DNA from: Cyanidioschyzon merolae
Taxonomy: Eukaryota
Length of the DNA: 64,000 nucleotides
NCBI GenBank assembly: GCA_000091205.1
Contig: AP006493.2
Strand: one strand, 5' to 3'
A program made the translations under genes and the position numbers. The notes under the pieces were generated by a model. The model made no database searches and had not been told where the DNA came from. It was given only the letters and a program-made list of their open reading frames with translations. Positions within the stretch are counted from its first letter, which is position 1; each line of letters opens with the position of its first letter. Of this stretch, positions 31,031-44,399 are shown piece after piece.

Positions 31031-32468
31031 TTCGGTGAAGCGTCTGCCAGCTTGAGGTGTTTGGCTCTCTTACACCGTGCGCTTACGCTGATCGAACCAA
31101 CTTGGTACCTTAAGCACGTCGTAAATCGTCAACCAGCTGCCAACACGTGTACTCTTGGCGGCCTTGTACCGGCGTCGCTGGAGCCGCACCGCCCCAGGAG
31201 TAGAACGCTTGTCCTGGTTATGCCAGTGCCAACTGCTCCTAATGGTGTGTGCTCCACAGCGTACTCGTGACAAATAGCAGTCACCAGTAGAATGTCATGC
31301 CATTATAAAAACAACGCTAGGCACAAGAACGAGCCTTATTGTCATTTTGGCGACTACAGCACCGAAGCGGGAAACCTTCCCGACACCTTCAATACGTCGA
31401 GCAGTAGGAAGTGCAGGAACGAGTCCAGCGCTCACGCCTTCATTCATCGGGGGATAAAATGGAACAGGTCCAGCAGCTCGGTTGTGGGCGTCCATGTTCA
31501 GGGGTCGCTTTGTATTCTCATCATCACCAGACTCGGCAGGCTCTTTTTGCGACTGATTCACGCTCTTCTCTAGTGTAGCCTTTCAGCTCGGTTTGGTTTC
31601 ATCCACGTTGGAGAGTAAAGCAGGAGATCGAAATCACGATGCAATATTCCGTATAGATCGTAGACGGATTGTCTGTAGGATATATATTCTCTAGTGAACA
31701 GTGAAAGGAGAACCGCAATCATCATCCTTTAGCTCTGCCATGCCACGGTGCTAAGATAGTTGAGGAACACTGGATGAACGAAGTACATGCGTTCTGCGCC
31801 AAAAACCGATATTGTGAATGACTGCTGTTGTTCAATGGTGGATAACGATCCGCTGATCACCACACGGAAAGCAAAAGTGAAGATAACAGCCACCAGGGGC
31901 GTGCCTGTTTCTCAACAGCTTGTTCGTGTGGTCCTGAAAACACTGGGATACAGTCGCAAAAAAGGGTCCTGGTTCATACACAGCCAGCTTCCATGGGAAT
32001 CGAAACTACTACAGGTTTCCTGCGACTCAGTGATCGGCATGAAGCAGGGGAACCTTGGTTTGTTTTCCCAGTGGATGAGACTTGCTTCAGGTAAAATGGT
32101 CGAAGCGTATACAGGTATTCGTGCAGACAGAACCCGTTGTGTGTACGATCGAGCTCGTAGAGAACGGGGACATGATCATACGTTCTACCTAAAGTGCATG
32201 CACTTGGCGACGTCAGTTTCGCTCGTAGACAAGGCTCATACAACAGCAGCAACCACTTTGTTGAACCATTGACAACTTTTTCCCTGACGTCCGGCGACGC
32301 CCTTCTATTAGACAACGTGACATTTCACGATGCCCTTCGCTTTGTCTTTCTTCCGCAAGACCTTCTCGCTCGGGGAACGCCATCACCTATGGGCTTGAAG
32401 CGGTGCATTCATTTTCAAAAATAAGAAATCTAATATTTGAGCTAGGGTGTAAACTTTAGAAGGTCGAG

Positions 32469-32876
32469 ATGGAGAAAAGCCAGCAAAGCGCTCCAGCAAT
32501 AGAAAAGCACGGAGGACTGACAGAGCAGCAAATTGCGCAGAGGGCGCGAGTTCTAATAATACATAAAATAGTCAGTTCCACCAGAGGCGACAAACGCATG
32601 AAGTTCGTGAACCGATTCTACAACTCCACCATCAATTTCAGACAGTGTATGGCGTTGAAGACGAGGCCCGAGGAGAAGAGGCGGTCTAACTTTGTAGGGC
32701 AGTGTCTCAGACTCGAAGTGCGTCCGGACAAACTGAAACTGGTTGTATGCGGAAGGCCAAAAAAAGACTGGGAGGCCTGTGCACCTGGGTATCAATGTAC
32801 CCTATATGGTCGTGGGTTATTTTTCGTTCCATTAATCACATTTTACATACCTCAGGCTGTACATACTCCGATCTAA
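32469..32876 (+). CDS. Small hypothetical ORF, member of a two-copy paralogous pair (see 60323..60607)
   Basis: Shares the peptide block C-M/A-L-K-T-R-P-E-E-x-x-R-S-N-F-x-G-Q-x-L-R-L with the ORF at 60.3 kb. About 75% nucleotide identity over roughly 150 bp. Confidence 0.3.
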   Translation: MEKSQQSAPAIEKHGGLTEQQIAQRARVLIIHKIVSSTRGDKRMKFVNRFYNSTINFRQCMALKTRPEEKRRSNFVGQCLRLEVRPDKLKLVVCGRPKKDWEACAPGYQCTLYGRGLFFVPLITFYIPQAVHTPI

Positions 32877-33811
32877 TCTGCTTCTCCAGCTCCGTTTTCA
32901 GCAGTCGATGGATGCTGATGACCGTTTTTAAGTCCCGGTGTCGCTGCTCCAGACTATGGTCTATGCATTTGATGAGTCGGCGAAAGCTGCGATCTACGCT
33001 TCGCCTGGCACACTCATCTTCATCGTACACAGCCTCGGTTCGCCCTTTCCAGCGATGCCACTCGGCTGTGATGAGGTATTGGCGTACGCATCCGCAACGC
33101 CTCCTCCTCCGAGCGCCGCCCCGTCGCACGTGAACACTTGCTTCGTCGCCCGATCAACGCCCCCTGACGGAGAGAAAAGACTTCCTGAAGTGTCCGTCTC
33201 CGTTGGCACGCTCGATGGCTTCCGTACCACGCGCGGGCTTCCTTCAGACGACGCCCTCGGCGACTACTTTATCCGTTGAACACGCGCAAGCACGAGCTTT
33301 TCCATTCCATAGAGGTTTTTTTGTGTCACGCAATATTTCCCATGACAGAACACCGCAAGGAAAATCTCGGACGGAGAGCCAGGCGTGGAATTTTGGATCT
33401 GTCCGCCTTCCTTGGTACGAAGCGGTGACACACGCTTCTCGGGAAGCGATAGCTGCGGTGGCTGAAGTCAAAGTCTACGACCCTTTCTTCCTCGCAAACG
33501 GAAGAGATGGGAGCCTCTGGGAGCATATGCCGTAGGTGGATTCACACTGCTGTCGAATGCAGTTTTGTCCGTAGCCATAGATAAGGACGATTTGTCTGGC
33601 AAACCGAATCCAGTGCGATGCGTGAGAATTTGACTGAGCTTTCGGCATGAGCTTGTAACCAAGTCGTCACTGGTCGACGTCGAGCTTTTCATGCGGAATC
33701 TCGCTACGCGAAACGCCGCGCCAACGAGTTTCTTTTGAAGCAGAACGATTGAAAACTTGCAGAATACGTGTTTTCAACATGTTACACTTATGACAGGGAG
33801 AAGCGTGGAGG

Positions 33812-34095
33812 CTTGTACATATGAATCGGTTGATGACCCAGGTTTTTTACGAGCCCTGGTTCGAAGGCGTCGCCAATCATCCTGATTCCGGTGACCTTAC
33901 CAATTTCAGAAGCAAAGCGGTGATGGAGCCACTCCAAAAACACAACCGAGAACGCTAGAACAACGTACGAATTCGCAGTTTCATTGCTGGTCTACTTTGA
34001 ATGTCGAAGATGAGCTTCTAAAAAAATTTGGAAAGGCAAGAATAGAGCCAGCAATTCAGCATTCGATTTTAAACTGAAGCGGGTGTAGAGCGCGC
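33812..34095 (+). repeat. Dispersed about 300-bp repeat element, copy B
   Basis: tgtacatatga; cgccaatcatcctgattccggtgacc; gagccactccaaaaacacaacc; tttaaactgaagcgggtgtagag, with the same order and spacing as copy A. Confidence 0.7.
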
Positions 34096-34723
34096 CAAGC
34101 ACCTCATGGTCCGCAGGCACAGCGACAATGCTTCGCGTCATCGACTGCTTTCGAGAGTGAATCGAACTTTATGGTTCACCTGTACGGGCAAGGTTTGTGA
34201 CGTGTTCCAGCCACGAACGTCTGGCACGGTGCGGCGCATGGTGCTCCACTCCTGAACCAGCAAGCGTGCAGGAATCGTTCGCCGATGCGCGCATGACGTG
34301 CTTACTGGCTTGGCAACCAGAATTTTGTGTGCAGCATCGGGTTCATGACAGGAATGCAGAACTGATGAATTCCGGTTCTTTTCAGGACCAAGAGATGCAA
34401 AGCAGATCGCATCGCATTCTTATTGAATGAACACGATCTATACGGCCCGTTTCCGGAAGCGGCGCCCTCCAAGACCTAGACAATTCGGTGGAGAAGGTAC
34501 CCTGTACCCTATGGACGCGAATACGATATCCCCTTGACAAGCAGGCGTGATCGATGCGGTTTTCGATGGCTCTCAATTGTGCCGAGGCGCTCCGTGGATA
34601 CGGTGGCTCGTCTGGATGCGCGTCGATGGAGGACTCGTATCGTTCATAAGGGATTTGCATACCAGCCCTGGGGGACACGTTGCGTCGACCGGTCTCCTAC
34701 GAGCGACCTGTCGAAGCACCCTT

Positions 34724-35923
34724 TCAAGATTTCTTGAATGCCTGGCCATAGTCCATCTTGGGTTCGAGTTTCTTGTTCTCCGATAGTTTGCGCACGGCTT
34801 TCATAAAGTCGTCCATCACAACATAGTCACGCTCTTCCCGTATCGCAAACATGCCAGCCTCAGTGCAGATATTCCGGAGATCTGCACCATTGAATCCATC
34901 TGCCAGACGGCAAACAGCCTCGTAATCGACGTCGCCACGAATGTTTAGCGAGCGCGCGTGAATACGCAAGATCTCAAGGCGTCCCTGTTCGTTCGGCAGT
35001 GGTACCTCTATCTTACGGTCGAGTCGTCCAGGCCGGAGCAGCGCCTCGTCGAGCACATCTGGACGGTTGGTGGCCATCACCAGCTTCACTGCCGCGAGTT
35101 CATCAAAACCGTCCATTTGCGCAAGCAGCTCCATCAGTGTACGCTGGATTTCCCGGTCCGCAGAAGTGCCTTCACTGAAACGTTTCCCGCCAATCGCATC
35201 GATCTCGTCCATGAAAATGATGCACGGTTGATGATCCCGTGCGAATGCGAACATCTCCCGAATGACTCGCGCGGATTCCCCGATGTACTTATCGACGATG
35301 GCTGACGCGACAACCTTCAGAAAGTAGGCATCCATGTTCGAGGCGATCGCTCGAGCTAAGAGCGTCTTACCGGTACCAGGCGGGCCGTACAAAAGGACGC
35401 CTTTGGGCGGTTTGATCCCGACCCTGATGAAGAGTTCTGGGTTCGTCAGCGGTAACTCCACCGCCTCACGCAGCTCCCGAATCTGTTCACTGAGTCCGCC
35501 GATTTCCGAATAGTCTATTCGCTGCCGTGTTTCTGCATCAGCAAGCATTTTATGGACCAGAGGATCCACTTCCCGTGGAAGAATGCGCATAATCGTGAGC
35601 GTCGTCATATCGAGCGCCACCCGCGTGCCTTTCTTCAGTCGCCGTCGCGGTAAACGTGCTTTGCAGCCGACCACGTAGCGCGGCCCTGAAGACGCTTTTA
35701 CGATAAACTTCTCCTCGGTGAGAGGCCGTAGTACTTCGCCCACGATCTGGCCGACGGACTGAAGTGCTCGCAGGTCTTCTTCGGTTTTCTCGAATTTCGC
35801 TCTGACCTGCCGCAGCGTTTCTCGGTGCCCGCGAATTTTCTCGGACAGTTGTTCATGCTGCTGGAACACCCGTCGGTACTCCTGAAGAGCGGCCTGTCTG
35901 CGAGGATCCTCCCCGGTCGACAT
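34724..35923 (-). CDS. PSMC6: 26S proteasome regulatory subunit 10B (Rpt4/PSMC6), AAA ATPase
   Basis: N-terminal coiled coil. Walker A (GPPGTGKT), Walker B (IIFMDEID), SRH ([27 protein letters not shown]). Full-length 399-aa collinear match to Rpt4 orthologues ([26 protein letters not shown]). Confidence 0.9.
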   Translation of the reverse strand: MSTGEDPRRQAALQEYRRVFQQHEQLSEKIRGHRETLRQVRAKFEKTEEDLRALQSVGQIVGEVLRPLTEEKFIVKASSGPRYVVGCKARLPRRRLKKGTRVALDMTTLTIMRILPREVDPLVHKMLADAETRQRIDYSEIGGLSEQIRELREAVELPLTNPELFIRVGIKPPKGVLLYGPPGTGKTLLARAIASNMDAYFLKVVASAIVDKYIGESARVIREMFAFARDHQPCIIFMDEIDAIGGKRFSEGTSADREIQRTLMELLAQMDGFDELAAVKLVMATNRPDVLDEALLRPGRLDRKIEVPLPNEQGRLEILRIHARSLNIRGDVDYEAVCRLADGFNGADLRNICTEAGMFAIREERDYVVMDDFMKAVRKLSENKKLEPKMDYGQAFKKS

Positions 35924-37852
<1,929 letters not shown>

Positions 37853-38154
37853 GGTTTTCGGTGGTATGTGATTTACAGCGAAACTGCTGGCTTTGTGATT
37901 GTGAAGGAGAGACTTTGAGCGCTTCGAGTGGAAAGTAGTTTCCCGCGTTGCGCTCGCGGCACAGTTGTGGAAAGCGGTAAAGTTTGTTTTTCTTTCAGAG
38001 TCTATTGTCCAAACTCAGTTTTTTTTGTTCGGGCGTTCTCGGCAAGCAGTTTTATAATATTTGTTTGCCGAATAGGACGATCGTGTGCGTATATGCCCTG
38101 CGCAGCACTCGTCTCTGTCGTGGCTGAACGTCCGTCACGTCCGCAAGCTCGCAG

Positions 38155-39141
38155 CTACGCTCGCTTTTGATCGCGTCTGGAAGACGGCTTGGAAACTGAC
38201 TTGCGCTCGACCCGGGAGCGCTTCGCGCAGTCAGGACGTCGTCGGGTGGGTCGCTTCGCGGGTACCAACTTTGGTGTTGGCACCGGCAATGGTGGCGGCT
38301 CGTCCACCACTAGTCGCCGGACATGCGCCGCTTCGAGGAAAGCGCAGCCGCATGGCCCCGGCGAATGATTTTTCCTTCTCATGATAAAAGGAAGCAGGGC
38401 TCCTGAGGTAGAATCCTCCTCCGGCCAGTCTACTTGCACGCATTCCTTCTCCAGAATCCGGGAACAGGTTGACCAACTGAACCGAACAATACTAGGAAAA
38501 CCGAAAATCGGGTCCAGGTGCTTGCGGAGCCACCGCTGCGTCAGCGGGTCTGCGGGATAGCCAGAGCCGTACTCGCGCGAGAAACGCAGCTGTGGGTCAT
38601 TCGCCTCCTCAGGGAAGGTCCATGTTCGAAGGGCCTTGTCTCGGGTGACCTTCGCAATGATGCTAGCCGCAGCTACCACTGCGAATCGTGACTCAGCCTC
38701 GCTTTGGACAACGATACGAGGTATCTTGGGGAAGATGCGTTTAAGCCGCATCTGGTACGCATCCGGCTCACCAACGGTGTCCACAAAAAGCCCTTCGATA
38801 AACATTCCGGAGGAAAGCGCATCCTTCACGAGCGAGATGGTGGCAGCATAGCTGGTCTCGTTGAGGTTCACTCGTTTCCGCCCGAGCATCGTTGCGGAGA
38901 GCATTTCTGGACTCAGTATACGGGTCCTACTGTAGATCCAGTCCGCATTTTCTCCAAGGGTTTGAAAGATTCGTTCCCGGCACTGTGCCGAAAGCTTTTT
39001 GCTATCGCGTACTCCAGTAGCTTCCAGTTCCTGCAGGCGGCCCGCTTGACACGCACAGCATGCATAGACAAGGGGACCTAGCACAGGCCCGCGACCGGCC
39101 TCATCAATACCCATAATGAAAGACTCTGACACAGGTTCCAT
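38155..39141 (-). CDS. RNASEH2A: Ribonuclease H2 catalytic subunit A
   Basis: GIDEAGRGPVLGPLVY (catalytic DEAGRG), DSKKLS, FVDTVG, AASIIAKVTRD, SGYP. C-terminal basic tail. 328 aa. Confidence 0.85.
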   Translation of the reverse strand: MEPVSESFIMGIDEAGRGPVLGPLVYACCACQAGRLQELEATGVRDSKKLSAQCRERIFQTLGENADWIYSRTRILSPEMLSATMLGRKRVNLNETSYAATISLVKDALSSGMFIEGLFVDTVGEPDAYQMRLKRIFPKIPRIVVQSEAESRFAVVAAASIIAKVTRDKALRTWTFPEEANDPQLRFSREYGSGYPADPLTQRWLRKHLDPIFGFPSIVRFSWSTCSRILEKECVQVDWPEEDSTSGALLPFIMRRKNHSPGPCGCAFLEAAHVRRLVVDEPPPLPVPTPKLVPAKRPTRRRPDCAKRSRVERKSVSKPSSRRDQKRA

Positions 39142-39475
39142 GAGCTAGTTGCCTATGACAACCTATGTGCGATTATGAACGTCGTATGCCGCCGAACTGA
39201 AAGTAAACTTGCGGGTCGACAGTGTTATTCTTGGCGCGTTCCCTCGTGGGCAGGTGCGAGCTGGACGCTCCCGCACAGCGGCGCTCTGTCACGCGTTCAC
39301 CAAAGCGTCGAACTCGAGGCTGCTACGCTCTTGTTCAGCTCACCTGAGGCTCGTATTTATGAAGAGAGTGAGCGACGTGTTCGGGGTTAACACCTAGAGC
39401 AGTCAGTAACAGCTGTGCTCGCGAGTTTGTGAACGGCACGCTGGCAGCACTAGGACAGGTAGTCTTGCAGGAGTG

Positions 39476-39516
39476 CAGCGGCAGCAGCAGCAGCAGCAGC
39501 AACCGAAGAAGAAGAA
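39476..39516. repeat. (GCA)8 followed by (GAA)4 compound microsatellite just outside the left inverted-repeat arm
   Basis: gcagcggcagcagcagcagcagcagcaaccgaagaagaagaag. Confidence 0.85.
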
Positions 39517-39831
39517 GTACTGCAAGTATGGTCAAGCCTCCAGGTTGCCGCGTTCAGACTCGTCGCAGCGCTGGAACCAGAGCCCAGCGGCAGCTGTAGA
39601 GGCTCACCCCAGGTACCGTCAAACCTATAATTTGCCGCGTACAGACCAGATGAAGAAATGCTGTTTCGGACGTGTGCACGACATGTTTACAAGGCACGTT
39701 CGAATCGATGCCACATTGCCGATATGTTTTGGAGCATTGATGCCATTTGCACCCATGTCAGAACAGAATAGAATAGAACGAGTCCAGTCAGGGAACGCGG
39801 GAGAGCATATTCAAGTGGGAATCCCTTCCAA

Positions 39832-40191
39832 TTGCTCTCAACGCGAGCCTTTGGGGGCGTTTTCGTCAACTGCTTACGTTTCCTCTCTATGATCGCTGAC
39901 TTTAACGACGTCGGCTTCCGCTTTCCGTCCGACTCTGTTGTCCGCATCCGAAGGACGTTCATGGCAGCGTTCAAGTGCCCGATTTCGACGCTGCCGGCTG
40001 TTGTCTACGCATTTCGTGCACAGGCAAACGTTGCGATCTACGCGTCGCTTGCCATACTGTTCGTTTTGGTGTACAGTCTGGGTGCGGCCTCCGCGGCGGC
40101 GAAAAGTGGATATGGTCAGGTATGCCCGAAGGTCCACCACGCCTCCGTATCCGAAGGCCGCTCTGTGGCGCGACAAACGCTTGCTTTATGA
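39832..40191 (+). CDS. Duplicated small ORF (119 aa, one predicted TM helix) present intact in both inverted-repeat arms (mirror copy 45380..45739 on the minus strand); coding status uncertain
   Basis: Both copies keep the reading frame and differ by 3 amino-acid substitutions (G/A, A/V, I/M). Hydrophobic segment NVAIYASLAILFVLVYSLGAASAAA. Confidence 0.25.
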   Translation: MLSTRAFGGVFVNCLRFLSMIADFNDVGFRFPSDSVVRIRRTFMAAFKCPISTLPAVVYAFRAQANVAIYASLAILFVLVYSLGAASAAAKSGYGQVCPKVHHASVSEGRSVARQTLAL

Positions 40192-40580
40192 CTTGGTACG
40201 AGCCCTTACGGGGTAACGGGGGCTTCCGCGTCTGCCATTCTCTGATTCCGCACCTGGTGTTGTACGCTACGTTTGCGAGCCTCTTCTGGGTCGCGATCCG
40301 AGGCGACTAGTCGGTCCGCTGCACGCGCGGGCGCGCGCTGCTGCATTTGTTGTAGGTTTAGAGATGGCGATGTTGTCCATGAGGAATCATATACCGTCAG
40401 GAAAATCTGGGCTAGAGAATCGGTCGAGAAGTCTGGATCCGCGTACGCTCACTTCATGTAGAGCCGAGAAGTACGCTACAATGGAATCCATCACTGTGAT
40501 GATCGAAGACTGAACTGAAGACTCGTTACGATGGAAACGGTATAGACGGGAGCCTTTGGGAGCATATTCCCTGAGAGGTA

Positions 40581-40636
40581 TGCTGCTGGTGGTGCTGGTG
40601 CTGGTGCTGGTGCTGGTGGTGCTGGTGCTGGTGGTT
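40581..40636. repeat. (GGTGCT)n hexanucleotide microsatellite inside the left inverted-repeat arm. The mirror (CACCAG)n at 44942-44990 has one unit fewer.
   Basis: tgctggtggtgctggtgctggtgctggtgctggtggtgctggtgctggtgg. Translates as poly-HQ or poly-TS in overlapping ORFs. Confidence 0.9.
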
Positions 40637-40949
40637 CCGAGGTCGTATTCGTCGTTGACCACACAAAAAATAAGACAGCTGGTCATTCGTGTCTGATCGA
40701 TTATTGTTCGTGACAAGTCCAGTAAACTTGCGGAATGAGCTTTTGCGCAAGTCAGCGAGAGACATCGTCGAGTTCGTGCTCCTCGCGAGTCCAGCAGCGC
40801 GTATTGGTGCGCTCACGAGTTGCCCCGAAACAAAAATATCTGTATTTTGAAGCACTCATGATTTGAGCGTGCTCCAGGTAAGAAAAGGAGCAGAGTGGAA
40901 TCTTGTGTGAACAAATTGATCCGCAGCATCGTAGATATGGCGAGCCCGT

Positions 40950-41120
40950 GTCCAACATAGTCACGAATCGTATTGATTCCGGTGGTAACGGGTCGCAGGA
41001 ACCAGGCTTCCAAATCCGATCAGGAGTTCTGGAACTGCTTATGAGTCCGTGAGCACTTAGAACTGCGCATCGAACGCTGAGGGTGTAGATCTGAATGTGA
41101 GTTGGGGAGAAAAGCGGATA
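40950..41120 (+). repeat. Partial or degenerate copy of the dispersed element at the inner end of the left inverted-repeat arm (mirrored at about 44455-44625)
   Basis: gtcacgaatcgtattgattccggtggtaacg matches the 30-mer hairpin of copy A with 4 mismatches. A weaker ctgagggtgtagatctgaa follows. Confidence 0.5.
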
Positions 41121-41885
41121 GCTTGGACAAAGCGCGTAGTTTCCTGTTCTTTTTTAATTTAACTCTGGTGTTGCACCGGGCGCCAGACCCGAGAGCCGCG
41201 CTCTCGAATAATGCGGACCCTGGAAGCCACTTAGGTTACTCATCGAACTAGGAATGCATCAACCAATCAGAAAGCAGCATCGGTGATCATGCATTCGGAA
41301 GCGTCGGCAGCTTACTACCCAGGCGTTCTCACTGAAATACCTCACATACTCAATCAATACCGAATGGGATACACCGAGGGCCAGAAGCGGGAAAAAGATA
41401 AGAGCTTCGCGAGCGCTGCTTGTTGCTCGCAACCGCTGCTTGTCTGGACGCATTGAAAATGACTGAAGGCCGGCTCTGTCTCTAAATCTCCGCCCACAAC
41501 CCGCGATCCATGCAACACTCAGGCACGAGATATCGCCTTCCGGTACACTGCAGGGGCCCACATCCGCAACACAGAAAACTCCTTTTCATCGTTACGGTCG
41601 GTTGGTGTGTAGCATTTCCGTTGACTCGCTCACATCAGTCTGCGTTCACGAATTGAAACTCTGGCCGCAGCGAATGGCCAGGACCGCCACACCTCACCAG
41701 TCTGGTCTCGTTGGAAAGCCTCCAAAGCATCCCTCTGCTCCTATTACGCGCCTCGTATCCGTGTGGTATCGCCGGCCAGTGCACTCTGTATCCGGAAAGG
41801 TCCCGGCGAACGGCATCGACACCCGTGTCGCAAAAGCGCCTTGAACGCACACAAACACACGCGCACATAGATCATTGCGCAACGT

Positions 41886-42701
41886 TTGCTTCTAAAGCGT
41901 GCCGTCTGTTGCGGCTGTGCGACTTCGAGCTGGGCGGTGCCCGGACTAGGTCCAATGAGCAACGCTTTCGTAACCGGGCTGGAATCATGCAAGCTTAGGC
42001 AAAGTGTTCGCTTCGAAATTGAAAACGGTGCGAACGCGGAACCGCACGCTTCGCTGGACAGGTGGCGGCGTTCACCAGCTCTGGTGCGGAGGCGTACTCG
42101 TTCTCTGCGGTTGCCGCTTTGGCAACTGCGTAGGCAATCCGGCTGCATTCGAATTCGACTTCTGTGTGCAAACTCAGAACCCAGTTCGACTGGGCGACCA
42201 CGAGTGACACCGTACCCATCACAGCGGGCTATTTTCTCGAACGATAAGAAAGCGTTCACGCCGGCGGAGCTCAACGACTTATTCGTACGATGCAACGAGC
42301 CGCCACGCGATGAACGTAAAATTTTACGTTGCTTGAAATACTCTTTCTCGGTAGTTTCCGCTCGTCTGCTTGGGAAAGATCAGCGCCTTGTTGCATTTGT
42401 GCGCAGTATTTCCGATGGTGTTATGAACGCGACTCTTTGGGACGTGCTGGTGGACCCGAATCTGCCCAACCCGGCCGTCATGCGTCGGAATATCATTCGA
42501 AGGATGCTGGACGACCTCAGTAGGGATATTCCATTATGCTCAGTGGCCATGATTGCTCCGGAAGATCTCGTAATATTCTACGAAAAAGAGTGCGGTTTCG
42601 TGGCCGAGCCAAACGGTATCCGTGCGATGCGGCTGGTTCGTTGGCCGGAAAATCTCGATGAACTTGACCCTATAGAGACCGAAGACGGTGGCCAGATATA
42701 G
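41886..42701 (+). CDS. GNAT-family N-acetyltransferase resembling the plant plastid NSI/GNAT2-type acetyltransferase; the true N-terminus is uncertain
   Basis: C-terminal half aligns by eye to NSI-like GNATs: LVAFVRSISDGVMNATLWDVLVDPN...IAPEDLVIFYEKECGFVAEPNGIRAMRLV (ends with the FYxKxGF motif). Sits in the unique core between the inverted-repeat arms. Confidence 0.55.
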   Translation: MLLKRAVCCGCATSSWAVPGLGPMSNAFVTGLESCKLRQSVRFEIENGANAEPHASLDRWRRSPALVRRRTRSLRLPLWQLRRQSGCIRIRLLCANSEPSSTGRPRVTPYPSQRAIFSNDKKAFTPAELNDLFVRCNEPPRDERKILRCLKYSFSVVSARLLGKDQRLVAFVRSISDGVMNATLWDVLVDPNLPNPAVMRRNIIRRMLDDLSRDIPLCSVAMIAPEDLVIFYEKECGFVAEPNGIRAMRLVRWPENLDELDPIETEDGGQI

Positions 42702-44399
42702 GGCAGTGAGGCGGCGACTCGGAAACCGGCAAGTCGACCAGGATGAACACGACTATGAGCCGGGACGCGAATCGGTGCTGTGCACCGCGAAATCGATTTC
42801 GTAGCGATCCTGTTTAAGCTTTGCTTGCCCACAGCACGAACGCTACGTTGTGACTTCGAAGCTGCGTCAGCGTTAGAGGATACGCAGGAATCGGTGACAC
42901 TGCTACAATTCTGGTGCAGCGTTCGCCATGCGGGTCCCGATTCCGAGAACGAGGTACTGTTCTGCGCACGGCACGCTCCTCTTTGAATGCAGCAAATTTT
43001 TCGCGGACGCAGGATCCGATAGTCTATCTGAAACGTCCCCGGGTGCGTGAGTGCCACCAGTAACCAGACGAAGGTTTTCAGCGGCTCAGGAGATGCACAC
43101 GCTTTTCACAGATTCCCGGGTCATGCTCTCCGTCGGGAGTAGAGGTTCGACCCATACAGCGACGATCCGAAACGGAGCGTATCGTGGTCGCTTACAGTAA
43201 AGCGGGATTCGGCGTCGCTGTGTTCGGCCAACAAAGACAGATTGGCTCTCGGTCGATTTAATGGTTGTCGAGTCAAGGTGCAGGTACAACAATGGTTTTC
43301 GAGAAGAGCGCGTTTGTCGGATTATAGCAAGTTACGCGACGAATCCGGTGACGCTGCTGATGCCTCTCGACGTACACACTGCCGACAAAAAACCGCCTGA
43401 TGACCTCTGCTGCAGAGTCACACGACGACCCAATCTTTTATGCTTTCGAAGCAAACGTACCCAACTGGGAGGGTTGCGCGTCGTCTTCGGCTTCCAGATC
43501 CGGAACACTCGTGCTCTGGGTTGCTTGACGCTGCTCGTTGCACGAACCGGTCACGAGTATCTAGGAGGAATGTTTGTCGGAGGTCGCATACTACATTGAT
43601 CAGTTTGGAGACGTGACTATTTCCAAATATGCGAATTGACACTAAGCACACAGAGGCGCTAAATCGTTTCTTGTGGCGAGTTTGCCTGCTCCTGGACGAC
43701 TACAGCAAGAGAAGTCTGCTGTGGTGCCTCTCGGGTCCGTTCACGAACGGTTCTAGACTTTACCGTTCAGATGCTCATTTTCCATTTTCATCACGCAACC
43801 AGCGCGCTGTATTAGTCGTACAGTATATTCAAATTACGCATGGCATTCCATGAATTGATAAGAGGCAGCCCTGAGTTGCTGTTGGCATATGTTTGGGACA
43901 AACGCCTGATGCAGCAATGGGAGACCATTCTCGCGCGGGTGCACCAGGCGCCATGCGTTGGAGCTCGCAGACGCCGCGCTATGAACTACCCAGCTCACCG
44001 GATACGCGCCTCATGCGGATTTTTGCGTCAATGGCCAGCTATCCAAGTCACCGGGAATACGACGTGCTCCGCAAGGTAGGCTCGAACAGCGCGGGCCCGT
44101 ACCGTACTCCACGTACGACGCACGATGGGTTTTTGACGTCCGCGTTTACAATGCTGCTCACCATCTTTCGAATCGAAAGGTTAAGGAGCGCATAGTGCTG
44201 GGCAAGTGCACGTGGAATCGTTTTTTCTGCTACAGGATCGTTTACAGCACCAACGCATCCGCGACTGCGTCGTTGCTAGTTGCGTGAGGGAGAGTGCCGA
44301 CTCTTCTGTTGGAGTACAGGATTGTTTACTCCAATCAGGCTTTATCGATTGCACGATAAAGCAGGCGCCTGCTGCTTGCATCCTGTGGCACAACGCACT

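Larger units (their letters stand above)
39747..41175 (+). repeat. Left arm of a large inverted duplication (about 1.43 kb, about 98% identical to the reverse complement of 44400-45824)
   Basis: Direct comparison: 39747-39860 is the reverse complement of 45711-45824. Identical ORF translations recur on opposite strands (111-aa MPDFDAAGCCLRISC.., 119-aa MLSTRAF.., 66-aa MEAWFLRPVTTGINTIRDY..). Identity decays at the inner end near 41.17 kb. Confidence 0.9.

Noticed and set aside
31787-32272. ORF with a faint helix-turn-helix-like stretch (VPVSQQLVRVVLKTLGYSRKK), considered as a Tc1/mariner transposase N-terminal fragment
   Set aside because: Similarity is only a short generic basic helix. No DDE domain downstream. 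Too weak to call.
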